Assembly (NCBI GenBank): GCA_964472085.1
Contig: CAYYIW010000012.1
Span: 29,753 to 93,752, forward strand
Direction: 5' to 3'
Source of the DNA: an uncultured Rikenellaceae bacterium
GTDB lineage: Bacteria > Bacteroidota > Bacteroidia > Bacteroidales > VadinHA17
DNA length: 64,000 bases
Shown: piece by piece, positions 1-9,870 of the stretch
Position numbering within the stretch: the stretch's first letter is position 1
Layout: every line of letters starts with the position of its first letter
Made by a program: the position numbers and the translations under genes
The notes under the pieces: model-generated
What the model saw: only the letters and a program-made list of their open reading frames with translations
Told to the model about the DNA's origin: nothing
The model's database searches: none

Positions 1-201
1 TTCTATCTTTCAGGAATCGATTCATACAGGCTTATTATTAACAAGGGTATTGCCGGTCCGCTTTATCCCTCCAAAAAGTATCTGCGAAGCGAACCATATG
101 ATTTTCAGAGAGGTGAAGTTGAATGGTCAGGTGGAAATATTTATTTCGACCAATGGGATTACCATATGGATATTAAATATGAACAATCCCCAAATCTGTA
201 A
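1..201 (+). CDS. 3' end of an unidentified protein-coding gene (5' part lies outside the window)
   Basis: Frame 1 is open from base 1 to TAA at 199-201 (66 codons, ...GEVEWSGGNIYFDQWDYHMDIKYEQSPNL*). It is missing from the ORF track only because no start codon lies in the window. No motif recognised. Confidence 0.35.
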   Translation, partial: FYLSGIDSYRLIINKGIAGPLYPSKKYLRSEPYDFQRGEVEWSGGNIYFDQWDYHMDIKYEQSPNL

Positions 202-296
202 GATATAATTATTTTGGCTATATTACACAGAGGGCTCAGAGCAGACACAGGGGACACAGATTACCGTCCCTGGTCCCTGCATCCCTCAGTCGTTCC

Positions 297-1220
297 TTAT
301 TTTTCGTTGAGCCAATGCAACCAGAGCCTGAGACTGTTGGGCCAGGATGCAATATGCGGGTTATCTATTCCCAGTCCGAAACCATGCTCTCCCTCCGTCA
401 GTATATGCAACTCAGCTGATATATTCCTTGCTCTGAGAGCTTTGTACATAAGAAGAGTATTCTCAACCGGTACTGTGGTATCATTATCAGCATGTACAAA
501 AAACGCTGGCGGAGTATCATCCTTAACCTGTAATTCATTTGAGAACAGCCTTACCAGCTCTTCAGGAGGATCCTTCCCGAGCAAGGCCTCCCTTGATCCC
601 CTGTGCATGCATGGTTCCGTAAAAGTGATCACAGGATACATGAGTATCATGAAATCCGGCCGGCAACTCAGCTTTTCAACAGGATCGGAAGAAGACTGGT
701 CACCATAATCGAAATGAGTTCCGAGCGTAGATGCCAGGTGTCCCCCTGCTGAGAAGCCCATTATTCCGATCTTCCCGGCATCTATATTCCACCTTTCAGC
801 GTTATGCCGGACAAGACGGACGGCTCTTTGAGCATCCATAAGAGGTGATTTATATGGTACTGTGTTACTTTCAGGTGAAGGTAACCGGTATTTAAGTACA
901 ATACCTGCCACTCCAACAGAGTTCAGATATTTTGCTATCTCTGTGCCCTCCAGGTCATAGGCCAGCCCTGCATAACCCCCTCCCGGACATATTACCACAG
1001 CCTGTCCGGTGGCAAATTTCTTTACAGGCAGATATACCGCAATATCAGGTACCTGAACATTGGTTATCCAGGTAATATCGCGCTGTTCTACCTTCTCTGC
1101 CCGGGATGAAGGTTTTGAATTAGGTATAACACCATCATATAATGGGATCTTATATTCCTGGGCACTTATTGAAAAACAGGTTGTAAAAAAAATGGCAGTG
1201 AAAAAAAGTCTGTATAACAT
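297..1220 (-). CDS. secreted alpha/beta-hydrolase (esterase/lipase, acetyl-esterase-like)
   Basis: 307 aa. N-terminal signal peptide (MLYRLFFTAIFFTTCFSISAQE), oxyanion-hole-like CPGGGY, and nucleophile elbow GFSAGGH (G-x-S-x-G). Confidence 0.8.
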   Translation of the reverse strand: MLYRLFFTAIFFTTCFSISAQEYKIPLYDGVIPNSKPSSRAEKVEQRDITWITNVQVPDIAVYLPVKKFATGQAVVICPGGGYAGLAYDLEGTEIAKYLNSVGVAGIVLKYRLPSPESNTVPYKSPLMDAQRAVRLVRHNAERWNIDAGKIGIMGFSAGGHLASTLGTHFDYGDQSSSDPVEKLSCRPDFMILMYPVITFTEPCMHRGSREALLGKDPPEELVRLFSNELQVKDDTPPAFFVHADNDTTVPVENTLLMYKALRARNISAELHILTEGEHGFGLGIDNPHIASWPNSLRLWLHWLNEK

Positions 1221-1366
1221 ATCATATAATATTTAAAATTCAATGCAATTTATAAAATTGACAGTTATATTATATCACCTGATGTGCAACATTACCCCCC
1301 CGATAACGTATAATACTAGAAAAAAGTCAGTCACATCAGTTTTTATCATTCTGCCGGGTAAGAAAA

Positions 1367-3937
1367 ATGAAAACATTATTTCTTTCAATATTCCTGTCGC
1401 TCAATGTAATGCTCCTTGACGGGCAGGATTGCAGCATCCTGTCAAAAGCAAATAATATACTTCCCGACAGGCTTTGTTCACCACTTTCCGTAAACTGGCA
1501 GGCAGAGTATACCGGGGTAAACAATGCAGGTACTATCGTTCAGATTCGATATGACTGGGATGACGGGACAGTTGATTTGGAAACAGCGAATTCCACTGGT
1601 CCTGGTATATTCAGTTACACTGCAAATCACACATATGTCTCAACCGGTGATCAATGTAATTACAGGCCTAAAGCCACACTGGTTGTAAACGGAGTGGTCT
1701 GTTCTTCCTCCACACAGGAGCAGATTGTGACCGTATGGGACGATGATAATCATAATGGAGGACACATGCATATTTCGCCTGAAGTATTTCCTATCTGTTT
1801 CGGAAACGGAGCAGACGTGAGGTTTCAGGATCTTACCCAGTTTAACTGCGTTCCGCCACAGGAAGAAGATGTGCCCAACCTATACACAAGGTGGATCCGG
1901 TGGATATACGGGACAGACAATACCATGACAGGAACCCCGGTAACCATAGATGGTTCTCCACAGGCATTCCCATATTATGGCCTGGTAATCACTCTTTCAG
2001 GACCTGTAACAGGTTCGGGAGTATATTCTGATATCATTAATGTCGCCAATGACAAGAATATCGGCCAGTATTTCGAAGTTACACTCCTTAACTGGAATTA
2101 CTGCAATCCTTATGATGATCCAAATATACCGGGACCTCCTGCTGACCCGGTCAACGGTGATCATCCCCCTGTAAGAACAACGGCTAAAATACTTATTGTA
2201 CCTTATCCCGATGCTACAATAAATCCTGTTGACACACTCTGTGTCGACAGCGACCCGGTAACACTGACCGCTCACGATAAAGGAGGAATATGGTCGGGTG
2301 ACGGAGTCAGTGGAAATAAATTTTATCCTTTATATGCCGGTACGGGAGATCATATTATCAGCTATGTTATCACAGATGGCAATGGTTGCAGCGATGCTGA
2401 CCAGACTACAATAACAGTGATGCCTGAACCTGTTGTGACAATAGACCCAGCAGGGACCATGTATATTGACGATCCTCCCCTGACATTGTCGGCAAATCCT
2501 CCCGGAGGAACATGGTTGGGTGATGGTGTTTTTAACGGTAAATTCTATCCCGATTCGGCAGGCACCGGCATACACACGATAACATATCATTCATTGCCGG
2601 ACATGTTTGGGTGTTCGGGATCCGATACAATCCATGTGAATGTAATTCTTCCTTCTGTCCCTGTTGCCGGATTCGAACCCGATACTGCCGGTTGTTCCCC
2701 GTTATATATCAGGTTCAGGAACATAAGTAACCCGGGGGGATCGTACTTATGGGATTTTGGAGACAATACTTACTCCACAGAGGAAGAACCGGATCATACA
2801 TATTACATGCCCGGACAAAACCTGGTTAAGCTTACCGTATCCAATATTGCCGGGCAATCAACAGCCAGTCAGACTATTACAGTTTACCAGAGCCCGACAG
2901 CAGTTTTTACAGCTTATCCTGAAAATGTTACTATGAATGATCAGGAAGTACTTTTCACTAATCTTTCAAACAATGCCACGGAGTATTCCTGGGATTTTGG
3001 CGATGGCGCTTTCTCTACTCTGGAGAATCCGGGTCATACATATGACACAACCGGAGTGTATAAGGTAGTACTCAAAACCATTACAGAGCAGGGATGTACC
3101 GATACTGCATCACTTAATATAAATGTTATGATCCAACCGGCGCCGGTTTCGGATTTTGTTCCGGATACAACGGGATGTACCCCTCTGACAGTAAATTTCA
3201 GGAACAGCAGCCTGGAAGGTGTAACGTATCTCTGGGATTTTGGCGACAAGACCTATTCTACTGATTTTGAACCGAATCATACATATAATATACCAGGGGA
3301 ATATATTGTTAAACTGACTGTAACTAACAATTCAGGGCAGTCGTCCCGTAACAGGCTCATAACTGTTTATCAGAATCCCACAGCTCTTTTCAATGTATAT
3401 CCGACCGATGTGTTCAGTAATACCCAGGTTGTCGTATTCACCAATATGTCACATTATGGTGCTTCTTACCTGTGGAATTTTGGAGATGGTATCTATTCAT
3501 CGGAAGTAAGCCCATGGCATAAATACGATACTATCGGCGTTTACAGGGTAACCCTCAAAGTAACATCAGATGATGGTTGCACGGACTCACTGAGATTTGA
3601 TTCTCCGATAAGGGTTGATTTCAAGAATGGTGACATTGAATTCCCTAATGCATTCAGGTGGAACCAGTCGGGGCCAACAGGGGGATACTGGAACGATGAC
3701 TATATCGATGACACAGTATTCAGGCCATTTTTTAAAAATATCATTGATTACAGGTTGCAGATATTTAACCGGTGGGGAGTTCTTATATATGAAAGTCATG
3801 ATCTGAATAAAGGATGGGATGGATATTTCAGGGACGGTAACCTGGCGGGCGAGGGTGTATACGTTTATAAGGTGACAGGACAATATGCCGATGGTGAATA
3901 TTTCGTAAAAACAGGCGATGTGACCTTCCTTCACTGA
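1367..3937 (+). CDS. T9SS cargo: PKD-repeat surface protein with a type B (gliding-motility-associated, TIGR04131-type) C-terminal sorting domain
   Basis: 856 aa with a signal peptide. Four PKD-like repeats each carry WDFGD/WNFGDG. The C-terminus (FPNAFRWNQSG...FRPFF...YRLQIFNRWGVLIYES...GWDGY...GVYVYKV...) is typical of the type B CTD. Confidence 0.85.
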   Translation: MKTLFLSIFLSLNVMLLDGQDCSILSKANNILPDRLCSPLSVNWQAEYTGVNNAGTIVQIRYDWDDGTVDLETANSTGPGIFSYTANHTYVSTGDQCNYRPKATLVVNGVVCSSSTQEQIVTVWDDDNHNGGHMHISPEVFPICFGNGADVRFQDLTQFNCVPPQEEDVPNLYTRWIRWIYGTDNTMTGTPVTIDGSPQAFPYYGLVITLSGPVTGSGVYSDIINVANDKNIGQYFEVTLLNWNYCNPYDDPNIPGPPADPVNGDHPPVRTTAKILIVPYPDATINPVDTLCVDSDPVTLTAHDKGGIWSGDGVSGNKFYPLYAGTGDHIISYVITDGNGCSDADQTTITVMPEPVVTIDPAGTMYIDDPPLTLSANPPGGTWLGDGVFNGKFYPDSAGTGIHTITYHSLPDMFGCSGSDTIHVNVILPSVPVAGFEPDTAGCSPLYIRFRNISNPGGSYLWDFGDNTYSTEEEPDHTYYMPGQNLVKLTVSNIAGQSTASQTITVYQSPTAVFTAYPENVTMNDQEVLFTNLSNNATEYSWDFGDGAFSTLENPGHTYDTTGVYKVVLKTITEQGCTDTASLNINVMIQPAPVSDFVPDTTGCTPLTVNFRNSSLEGVTYLWDFGDKTYSTDFEPNHTYNIPGEYIVKLTVTNNSGQSSRNRLITVYQNPTALFNVYPTDVFSNTQVVVFTNMSHYGASYLWNFGDGIYSSEVSPWHKYDTIGVYRVTLKVTSDDGCTDSLRFDSPIRVDFKNGDIEFPNAFRWNQSGPTGGYWNDDYIDDTVFRPFFKNIIDYRLQIFNRWGVLIYESHDLNKGWDGYFRDGNLAGEGVYVYKVTGQYADGEYFVKTGDVTFLH
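2660..3625 (+). repeat. tandem duplication of a two-PKD cassette inside the T9SS cargo gene (2 x 483 nt, 2660-3142 and 3143-3625)
   Basis: Unit 1 (PVAGFEPDTAGCSPLYIRFRN...WDFGDN...TVYQSPTAVF...WDFGDG...GCTDT) aligns colinearly with unit 2 (PVSDFVPDTTGCTPLTVNFRN...WDFGDK...TVYQNPTALF...WNFGDG...GCTDS). By eye about half the residues are identical. Confidence 0.7.
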
Positions 3938-4271
3938 CACATTCATTGCTACAGCTCATCATGAAATCCAGACCTTCATAAATTGCTGACAGCCTCCTAT
4001 TATCTTATCGTTTCAGGTACCTGCCTGCAGACAACAAAACAGGATTAAAAAACGTTCTATAAAATGAGTGGAATGAAATGAACATACAATAGTTTTTTTT
4101 GTTCTTCCGTATGTCTGACAATAATTCGGGGATCTTTAAAACTTGTAATTGGTAAATAAAAATTAATATTAAAAAACTATGATACCTCAATTCCCTAAGG
4201 GAGTGAAAAATAGTAAGACTGAAACAGGGAAGCGGGTTTCATAAAATAGTATAAATTAAAATCAGAGACAC

Positions 4272-5312
4272 ATGAAAAAGAGTATTGTGATTATTGGGGT
4301 TGTTTTTGGTATTATCGGGTGGGGATGTCAGAAAATTAATAATCCTCCACAGGGGCTCAAAAACTCTATTGAACAGGCTTCTGCCAATGTAAATAATGCA
4401 TTCAGTGACATATCCTCCACCAAAGGTTATGAGATTCTTACCGCTAATGCCGGCCCTGTTTCAAAGTCGGGAACAGTATTCAGTGATAGTATCACATTGC
4501 CGATGGTAGCAGGTGTATACGATTTTAAACCTGACACCCTCAGGTATGAACATCATGATATGTACCCGTTCAGGCTTTTCACCAGGACAGGTGACAGTGA
4601 TCATCTTATAGTAAATTTCCCCCGGAAGATGGCCTTCCATTGTGATTATCTTCATGTTTACAATCCGGAGGATACTTTACTGAAAAATGATTTTTCAATT
4701 GATGCATCCGACTATCATCTTTATTACAACTGGTGGAACAATCTTGATTACAAGCTTACTGCAGATCTGTCACTTGATTCAGAAAGTCTTGGAAGCATGG
4801 ATGTATCTGCCGTATCCAGTTCTTACAGGGATCAGTCGTACAGTTCAGCATTTACTTTTTCCGATGGTTATACCATATCCACAGCATGGCAGAGCGGGGA
4901 TACTACGACTTCAACATTTGCCCTGACTAATGCCAGCGATACCCTGCTGAAAGAAACAACTTCTTTCATCGGAACAGGCTTCCACAGGCATGAAAAGCAA
5001 TATACTCTTTCTATAGGGAATGTTGATATAAAGAGAGGTTATGGAATTGACTCAATACAGGTCTATCTCGATGGTGTTTTACAGAAGACTGCGGGAGCCA
5101 AGATCACAGATTCTTCCGATACAACCGGCAGTATTTGCAATAAAAGAGATATCCTGCTTACATTTGACGACGGAACAACAGCAAAGCTGAGCGATCTTAT
5201 AGGTCCTGCCCTTACAGAGCTCAGGACACTTGTAACATCTCTGCATGATATGTATTTTGCTGAAAAAGTGGTTAACTACGTTGCCATCAATATCTATTAC
5301 AATACCAGGTAA
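4272..5312 (+). CDS. hypothetical lipoprotein
   Basis: 346 aa. Signal peptide ends in a Cys (MKKSIVIIGVVFGIIGWGCQ). The remainder is Ser/Thr/Asp-rich and looks beta-rich. No motif recognised. Confidence 0.6.
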   Translation: MKKSIVIIGVVFGIIGWGCQKINNPPQGLKNSIEQASANVNNAFSDISSTKGYEILTANAGPVSKSGTVFSDSITLPMVAGVYDFKPDTLRYEHHDMYPFRLFTRTGDSDHLIVNFPRKMAFHCDYLHVYNPEDTLLKNDFSIDASDYHLYYNWWNNLDYKLTADLSLDSESLGSMDVSAVSSSYRDQSYSSAFTFSDGYTISTAWQSGDTTTSTFALTNASDTLLKETTSFIGTGFHRHEKQYTLSIGNVDIKRGYGIDSIQVYLDGVLQKTAGAKITDSSDTTGSICNKRDILLTFDDGTTAKLSDLIGPALTELRTLVTSLHDMYFAEKVVNYVAINIYYNTR

Positions 5313-5432
5313 TCAACCAGGAAAAATTATCTTATTTATTGTCAATTAATTACGGTCTCCAGCTGGTAGTTGCTGAAGTTATATTATGAGTCAGTTGTTT
5401 CCGGCGGGATACTTATTTTACAGGAGGTAAGA

Positions 5433-7886
5433 TCAAATGAAAAGGCTTCCTATCTGGTAAACAGAAAATGAGAGCAGCCATGCAACAGCTGTGGTATATA
5501 TAACAATAAATGCCGCCCATTTCCAGCTGCCTGATTCTCTCTTTATTGCTGAGATCACGCCTATACATGGGAAATAGGTAAGGATAAACAACATGAAGGA
5601 AAAGGCCATCAGTGGTGAAAACAGCTTTTTCCCGGATTCATCTGTTTGGGATTGTATCTTTTGAACAAGTGAGGTATTTTCATCACCGCTGTCTGACTGG
5701 AAAAGTACTCCAAGTGTGCTTACCACAACCTCTTTGGCTGCTACCCCTGAAAGAATGCTGACAGTCAGTCTCCAGTCGAATCCCAGGGGTCTCATTACCG
5801 GTTCTATTGCGCGACCGATCACCCCCATAAATGAGTCTTTCTGTCTTTCAATCCTCTGTTTCGACTGAAGGTGATCTATTAAACCTGCCTTTTGCGTGGC
5901 AGGCAAACCTGAGCTTTCAACCTGGGTAATCTCTCCCTGTATATTGGCTATGGTTTGATTATTCCTGGGATAATTGCTCAGGAACCACACAACTATTGAT
6001 GCCACAAGTATAACACCGCCTATCTTTCTGAAATACAGGCCTGTTCTGAATGACACATGCTTCACAACACTCCTTACGGTAGGCACCCTGTAAGGAGGCA
6101 GTTCCATTACGAATGGTATTTCTGGTGTTTTAAAGAAAGCATGTTTAAGAAGCAAAGCCGAAAGGATGGCGAATATCATTCCCAGGATATAAAGCAGGAA
6201 TAGCACGGTTCCCTGGTTTTTTGCAAAAAATGCACTGATAAACAGAATATAAACCGGCAACCTGGCGCTGCACGACATAAAAGGTGTTATCAGCATGGTA
6301 ACAAGCCGGTCGCGACGACTTTCTATTATCCTGGTTGCCATAATGGCCGGAACATTACATCCGAATCCCATGAACAAAGGAATAAATGATTTGCCATGTA
6401 AACCTATCTTATGCATTATCTTATCCATAATGAATACCGCCCTTGCCATATATCCTGTATCTTCCATGAAAGAAATAAACAGGAACAGTATTACAATATT
6501 CGGAAGGAACACTATAACTCCACCTACACCCCCGATTATTGCCTCCACAAAAAAGTCCCTGACAATTCCGGCCGGAAGCAGAGCGGTGGAAATTTCCCCA
6601 AGACGGCTGATCCCCATTTCCATCCATTGCTTCGGATAATCGCCCAGCTTAAATGTTGTATAAAAGGTCAGCCACATAAAAACAATGAAAATAGGAATCC
6701 CCAGGTACTTATTGGTCAGATAATTATCGATAATCCTGGTCTTTCCAAGTCTTTCCACTTTACTGACCTTCAGCGTCTCCTGCAACGCACCGGATATAAA
6801 CCCATAACGAAGATCGGTTATCACCGTTTCCACAGGATCCGAAAACAACTTCTCAAGTCTGTGATATTCTCCCTTTGCTGTCTGTATTATCTCGGAAGAA
6901 TTGACACATCGTTTTATTGTCCTGGAATATTCCCTGTCATTCTCCAGTAGCTCAATAGCCAGATACCGGGCAGAAATAATATTGGTAAAGATCCTGTTCT
7001 CCTCAATTTTTATTTTTGACTGGATTGCACAGATTGAGTTCTCAACTTCAATTCCGTAGTTGACGTGAATGTGTCTGACAACAGGCTCCCTGTCTTCGTA
7101 TACCTCTATTATCTTGTCAAAAAGATCCCTGATGCCCTTGCCTTTTGAACTGACGGTAGGAACAACAGGTACACCAAGCAGTTTACCCAGGGAGATATAA
7201 TCCAGGACATCTCCTTTATTTTCCAGTTCATCATACATATTAAGGGCAATTATGAGCTGTATGCCCATATCAATAAGCTGGGTTGTCAGGTATAGATTTC
7301 TCTCAAGGTTTGATGCATCTACAATATTGACAATAACATCAGGTTTACTTTCGAAGATATAATTTCTAAGGTATAGCTCTTCAGGAGAATAACTTTTAAT
7401 TGAGTATGTTCCGGGAAGGTCTACAATGGAAAATGTATAACCTGACTGCCTGTATCTAGCTTCCTTTGAATCAACTGTAACCCCGGCATAATTACCTACC
7501 TTTTCCCTTGAGCCTGAAGCAAAATTGAAAAGAGTTGTTTTTCCTGAATTTGGATTCCCGACAAGTGCAACCTGTATATTTCTCGATTTTTCAATCCACG
7601 AACTATTTGTGTCTTCGCTGATCAGTACACTTTTTGAGGCAGATTTTTCTTCCCTGTTGTTATCACTGTCGACTATGATCAGCTGGGCTTCACTGTTTCT
7701 CAGGGAAACATGATAACCCATCACCTTGTATTCAACAGGGTCTTTCAATGGAGCTTTCCTGATAACGGAAACTTTCTTGCCGACAACAAATCCCATCTCT
7801 AAAAGACGTTGCCGGAACTGGCCTCTTCCCTTAATCTTCAGAATTATCCCCTCTTCTCCCTCAACCAGATCATATAATGTTGTCAT
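5433..7886 (-). CDS. feoB: ferrous iron transporter FeoB with a fused N-terminal FeoA domain
   Basis: 817 aa. N-terminal FeoA-like SH3 segment (EGEEGIILKIKG...VGKKVSVIRKAPLKDPVEYKV), G-domain P-loop GNPNSGKTTLFN, then a polytopic C-terminal membrane domain. Confidence 0.95.
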   Translation of the reverse strand: MTTLYDLVEGEEGIILKIKGRGQFRQRLLEMGFVVGKKVSVIRKAPLKDPVEYKVMGYHVSLRNSEAQLIIVDSDNNREEKSASKSVLISEDTNSSWIEKSRNIQVALVGNPNSGKTTLFNFASGSREKVGNYAGVTVDSKEARYRQSGYTFSIVDLPGTYSIKSYSPEELYLRNYIFESKPDVIVNIVDASNLERNLYLTTQLIDMGIQLIIALNMYDELENKGDVLDYISLGKLLGVPVVPTVSSKGKGIRDLFDKIIEVYEDREPVVRHIHVNYGIEVENSICAIQSKIKIEENRIFTNIISARYLAIELLENDREYSRTIKRCVNSSEIIQTAKGEYHRLEKLFSDPVETVITDLRYGFISGALQETLKVSKVERLGKTRIIDNYLTNKYLGIPIFIVFMWLTFYTTFKLGDYPKQWMEMGISRLGEISTALLPAGIVRDFFVEAIIGGVGGVIVFLPNIVILFLFISFMEDTGYMARAVFIMDKIMHKIGLHGKSFIPLFMGFGCNVPAIMATRIIESRRDRLVTMLITPFMSCSARLPVYILFISAFFAKNQGTVLFLLYILGMIFAILSALLLKHAFFKTPEIPFVMELPPYRVPTVRSVVKHVSFRTGLYFRKIGGVILVASIVVWFLSNYPRNNQTIANIQGEITQVESSGLPATQKAGLIDHLQSKQRIERQKDSFMGVIGRAIEPVMRPLGFDWRLTVSILSGVAAKEVVVSTLGVLFQSDSGDENTSLVQKIQSQTDESGKKLFSPLMAFSFMLFILTYFPCIGVISAIKRESGSWKWAAFIVIYTTAVAWLLSFSVYQIGSLFI

Positions 7887-8015
7887 CGAAAAATATCAAT
7901 TCATAAGGATAACCTTAAATAAAATCCATTGTTCAAAGGACCCGCCCCGGTAATCCTTATATAGTCATCATACCTCATAATCCAATATCCTGTTTAATAT
8001 CATACAAAACCAGGC

Positions 8016-8630
8016 CTAGTCCTTTCTTAGCTTAATTACCAGCTTTGTTACGGGTGAGGAAATGCTGTCCTTAAGTCCCGGCTTATGAAGATCATCCGGG
8101 AAAAAGATAAAAAAGTCATGTGGTGTAGCCAGCTTATATAAGGCATTTTCAACAGTCAGAAATTCTATGTCCCTGGTTGCATCGTACGGCTTGATTACAT
8201 CCTTAGCAGCATCCGGTTTTGCAATACCTATAATTTCTTTTCCACTTATAACATACTGGATATCAATGTATCTTCTGTGTGCCTCAAAATATGCAGAATC
8301 CGGTTCTTTAGTCATATAATTACTTATAGTCGCATAAAGATTATCACCATCAATATCATATCTTCCCGGTTCGAGATGTGCCAGGTCCTTTTCACTTAAA
8401 AACCTGAAAGCTTCTTTCCATCTCTCACTGTTCCCAAAGTATGATTCTGCAAGTTCACGCCTGTTTATTGAAGAATCCGGAATTAAAGTACATCCTCCGA
8501 GCCATTCACCCGAACTGAACCATTTATCAACCTTTTTCCCGCTCCAGCCTGAAGGATCCGAAGTGCTTTTACAGCCATTGAATCCTATTATACTGATTAA
8601 CAACATAAAAAGTATACTTATTTTTCTCAT
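8016..8630 (-). CDS. YhcH/YjgK/YiaL (DUF386, EbgC-like) family protein with a lipoprotein-type signal
   Basis: 204 aa. MRKISILFMLLISIIGFNGC signal. Family-typical core ...FEAHRRYIDIQYVISGKEIIG...FFIFFPDDLHKP. Overlaps the upstream GH130 gene by 4 nt. Confidence 0.7.
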   Translation of the reverse strand: MRKISILFMLLISIIGFNGCKSTSDPSGWSGKKVDKWFSSGEWLGGCTLIPDSSINRRELAESYFGNSERWKEAFRFLSEKDLAHLEPGRYDIDGDNLYATISNYMTKEPDSAYFEAHRRYIDIQYVISGKEIIGIAKPDAAKDVIKPYDATRDIEFLTVENALYKLATPHDFFIFFPDDLHKPGLKDSISSPVTKLVIKLRKD

Positions 8631-9778
8631 CTGTAACCAATATTTGCATCCGACTCCGCCACTGCTATTTTCGAGTCAGCTGTTCCATAATACAACAACC
8701 ACCTGTTCCTGAAGAAAGCCAGTCCCTCAACAAAGCATACATTATTTACCTGACCAGTTATTTCATAAGGCTGATCAGGAGTGATAAACCATTTGTCCAT
8801 CCTGTCAATAACTTTTTCAGGATCCTTCAGATCAGTCAGTATCTGTCCTGCGGCATATGTCCCGGGAGACAGGTTCTTATCACCAAAAAACGGACTGTTC
8901 TTACTGTTATAAATAAACAGTATACCGTTATCAGTAATCATTGCCGGCGGACCTGGTTCAACAAGTTCACTGTCAAACATTCCTTTACGTGTGGAAAACA
9001 GGATCTTAAAGGGTTTTGTATAATGACGCATTGTATCTATGTACATTTTTGAAGGATCTTTCTCAAGCACAGGAGTCCAGTCGATAAGATTATCAGATGT
9101 GGCCATATAGATATTCGATTCTCCCCAGTACATCCAGTATAGCCCGTTAACTTTTGTCGCAACCATGCTGCCTTTTTGTTCTCTGGAGATAATTGAACCT
9201 GATTTCGACCACATGTTAACATATTCCTCTCCTGCTTTTTGAAAAACGGATCCATGCTTGGTCCAGTTAACAAGGTCTCCTGATGTTGCAACAAATAAAC
9301 GGGCCTTATCACCATCATAGGCAGTATAGGTCATATAATATGTACCTGAGTCATCCTGTACTACGCGCGGATCTTCGCAACCTCCTTCCCACTCATATTT
9401 CAGGAAATCATCCTCAGCAGGATAAAGAACGGGTTTATCCCTCCTTACAAAATGATACCCATCAAGACTGTAGGCAAGTCCAATACGTGAGGTGCCATTA
9501 TATCTACCAATTGAGTCTTCGGCTCTGTACAGAAGAAAAAGAGTATCATGCCTTACTACAGCGGCAGGATTGAAAACATCCTTGGCTTCCCAGGCAACGG
9601 AATCCTTCCTTACAGGGTCCCAGAACCTTGTTGAGATCCTTGGTTGCAGAACGGGATTAACATCCAGTTTTTTTATGAACGGTACAAGGAACACATTATC
9701 ACCTTTCTTGCTACCCGTATTACAACCAGAAATCACAAATAACTGGATAACAACAATTAAATAGATAAATCTCTTCAT
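8627..9778 (-). CDS. glycoside hydrolase family 130 protein (beta-mannoside phosphorylase/hydrolase family), exported
   Basis: 383 aa. Lipoprotein-like signal (LFVISGCN). GH130-like blocks VFNPAAVV, GCEDPRV, YYMTYTAYDG and LLYYGTADSKIAVA. Confidence 0.8.
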   Translation of the reverse strand: MKRFIYLIVVIQLFVISGCNTGSKKGDNVFLVPFIKKLDVNPVLQPRISTRFWDPVRKDSVAWEAKDVFNPAAVVRHDTLFLLYRAEDSIGRYNGTSRIGLAYSLDGYHFVRRDKPVLYPAEDDFLKYEWEGGCEDPRVVQDDSGTYYMTYTAYDGDKARLFVATSGDLVNWTKHGSVFQKAGEEYVNMWSKSGSIISREQKGSMVATKVNGLYWMYWGESNIYMATSDNLIDWTPVLEKDPSKMYIDTMRHYTKPFKILFSTRKGMFDSELVEPGPPAMITDNGILFIYNSKNSPFFGDKNLSPGTYAAGQILTDLKDPEKVIDRMDKWFITPDQPYEITGQVNNVCFVEGLAFFRNRWLLYYGTADSKIAVAESDANIGYR

Positions 9779-9870
9779 TTTTATAAGTTCTACAAATGGT
9801 TAAATTTCATTTTCAGTCATTAAATAAAAAGCCGGATAATACTTCTCCTCAGCCGGGAAAGCCGAATTAA

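Noticed and set aside
225-296. Short motif-rich spacer between the two convergent genes at the window start. CACAG occurs three times (235-271), followed by three TCCCT(G/C) copies (277-298).
   Set aside because: It is only about 70 nt, the motifs are 5-6 nt long, and it sits exactly where a terminator or pause region is expected. I could not define a stable hairpin or find a second copy in the window.
214-708. 164-aa plus-strand ORF overlapping the esterase gene, together with other long antisense ORFs. These are 6411-6950 (feoB), 31029-31571 (serA), 39149-39964 (clpB), 41362-41913, 42542-42994 and 43250-43792 (ABC transporter), 18731-19150, and 53355-53726 (rpsA repeats).
   Set aside because: Each lies entirely inside, and antisense to or out of frame with, a gene that has clear family motifs. 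Their translations are low-complexity (Ser/Leu/Ile/Phe-rich) with no motifs, which is typical of shadow ORFs.
1279-1339. 8-bp inverted repeat CTGATGTG / CACATCAG separated by 45 nt, in the divergent promoter region between the esterase and PKD genes.
   Set aside because: An 8-bp match in a 146-nt AT-rich spacer is within chance expectation, and nothing else supports it.
7908-7926. Possible Fur box (GATAACCTTAAATAAAATC) 22-40 nt upstream of feoB.
   Set aside because: Only 12 of 19 positions match the classical GATAATGATAATCATTATC consensus, in AT-rich DNA. The Fur consensus in this lineage may also differ. Too weak to call.
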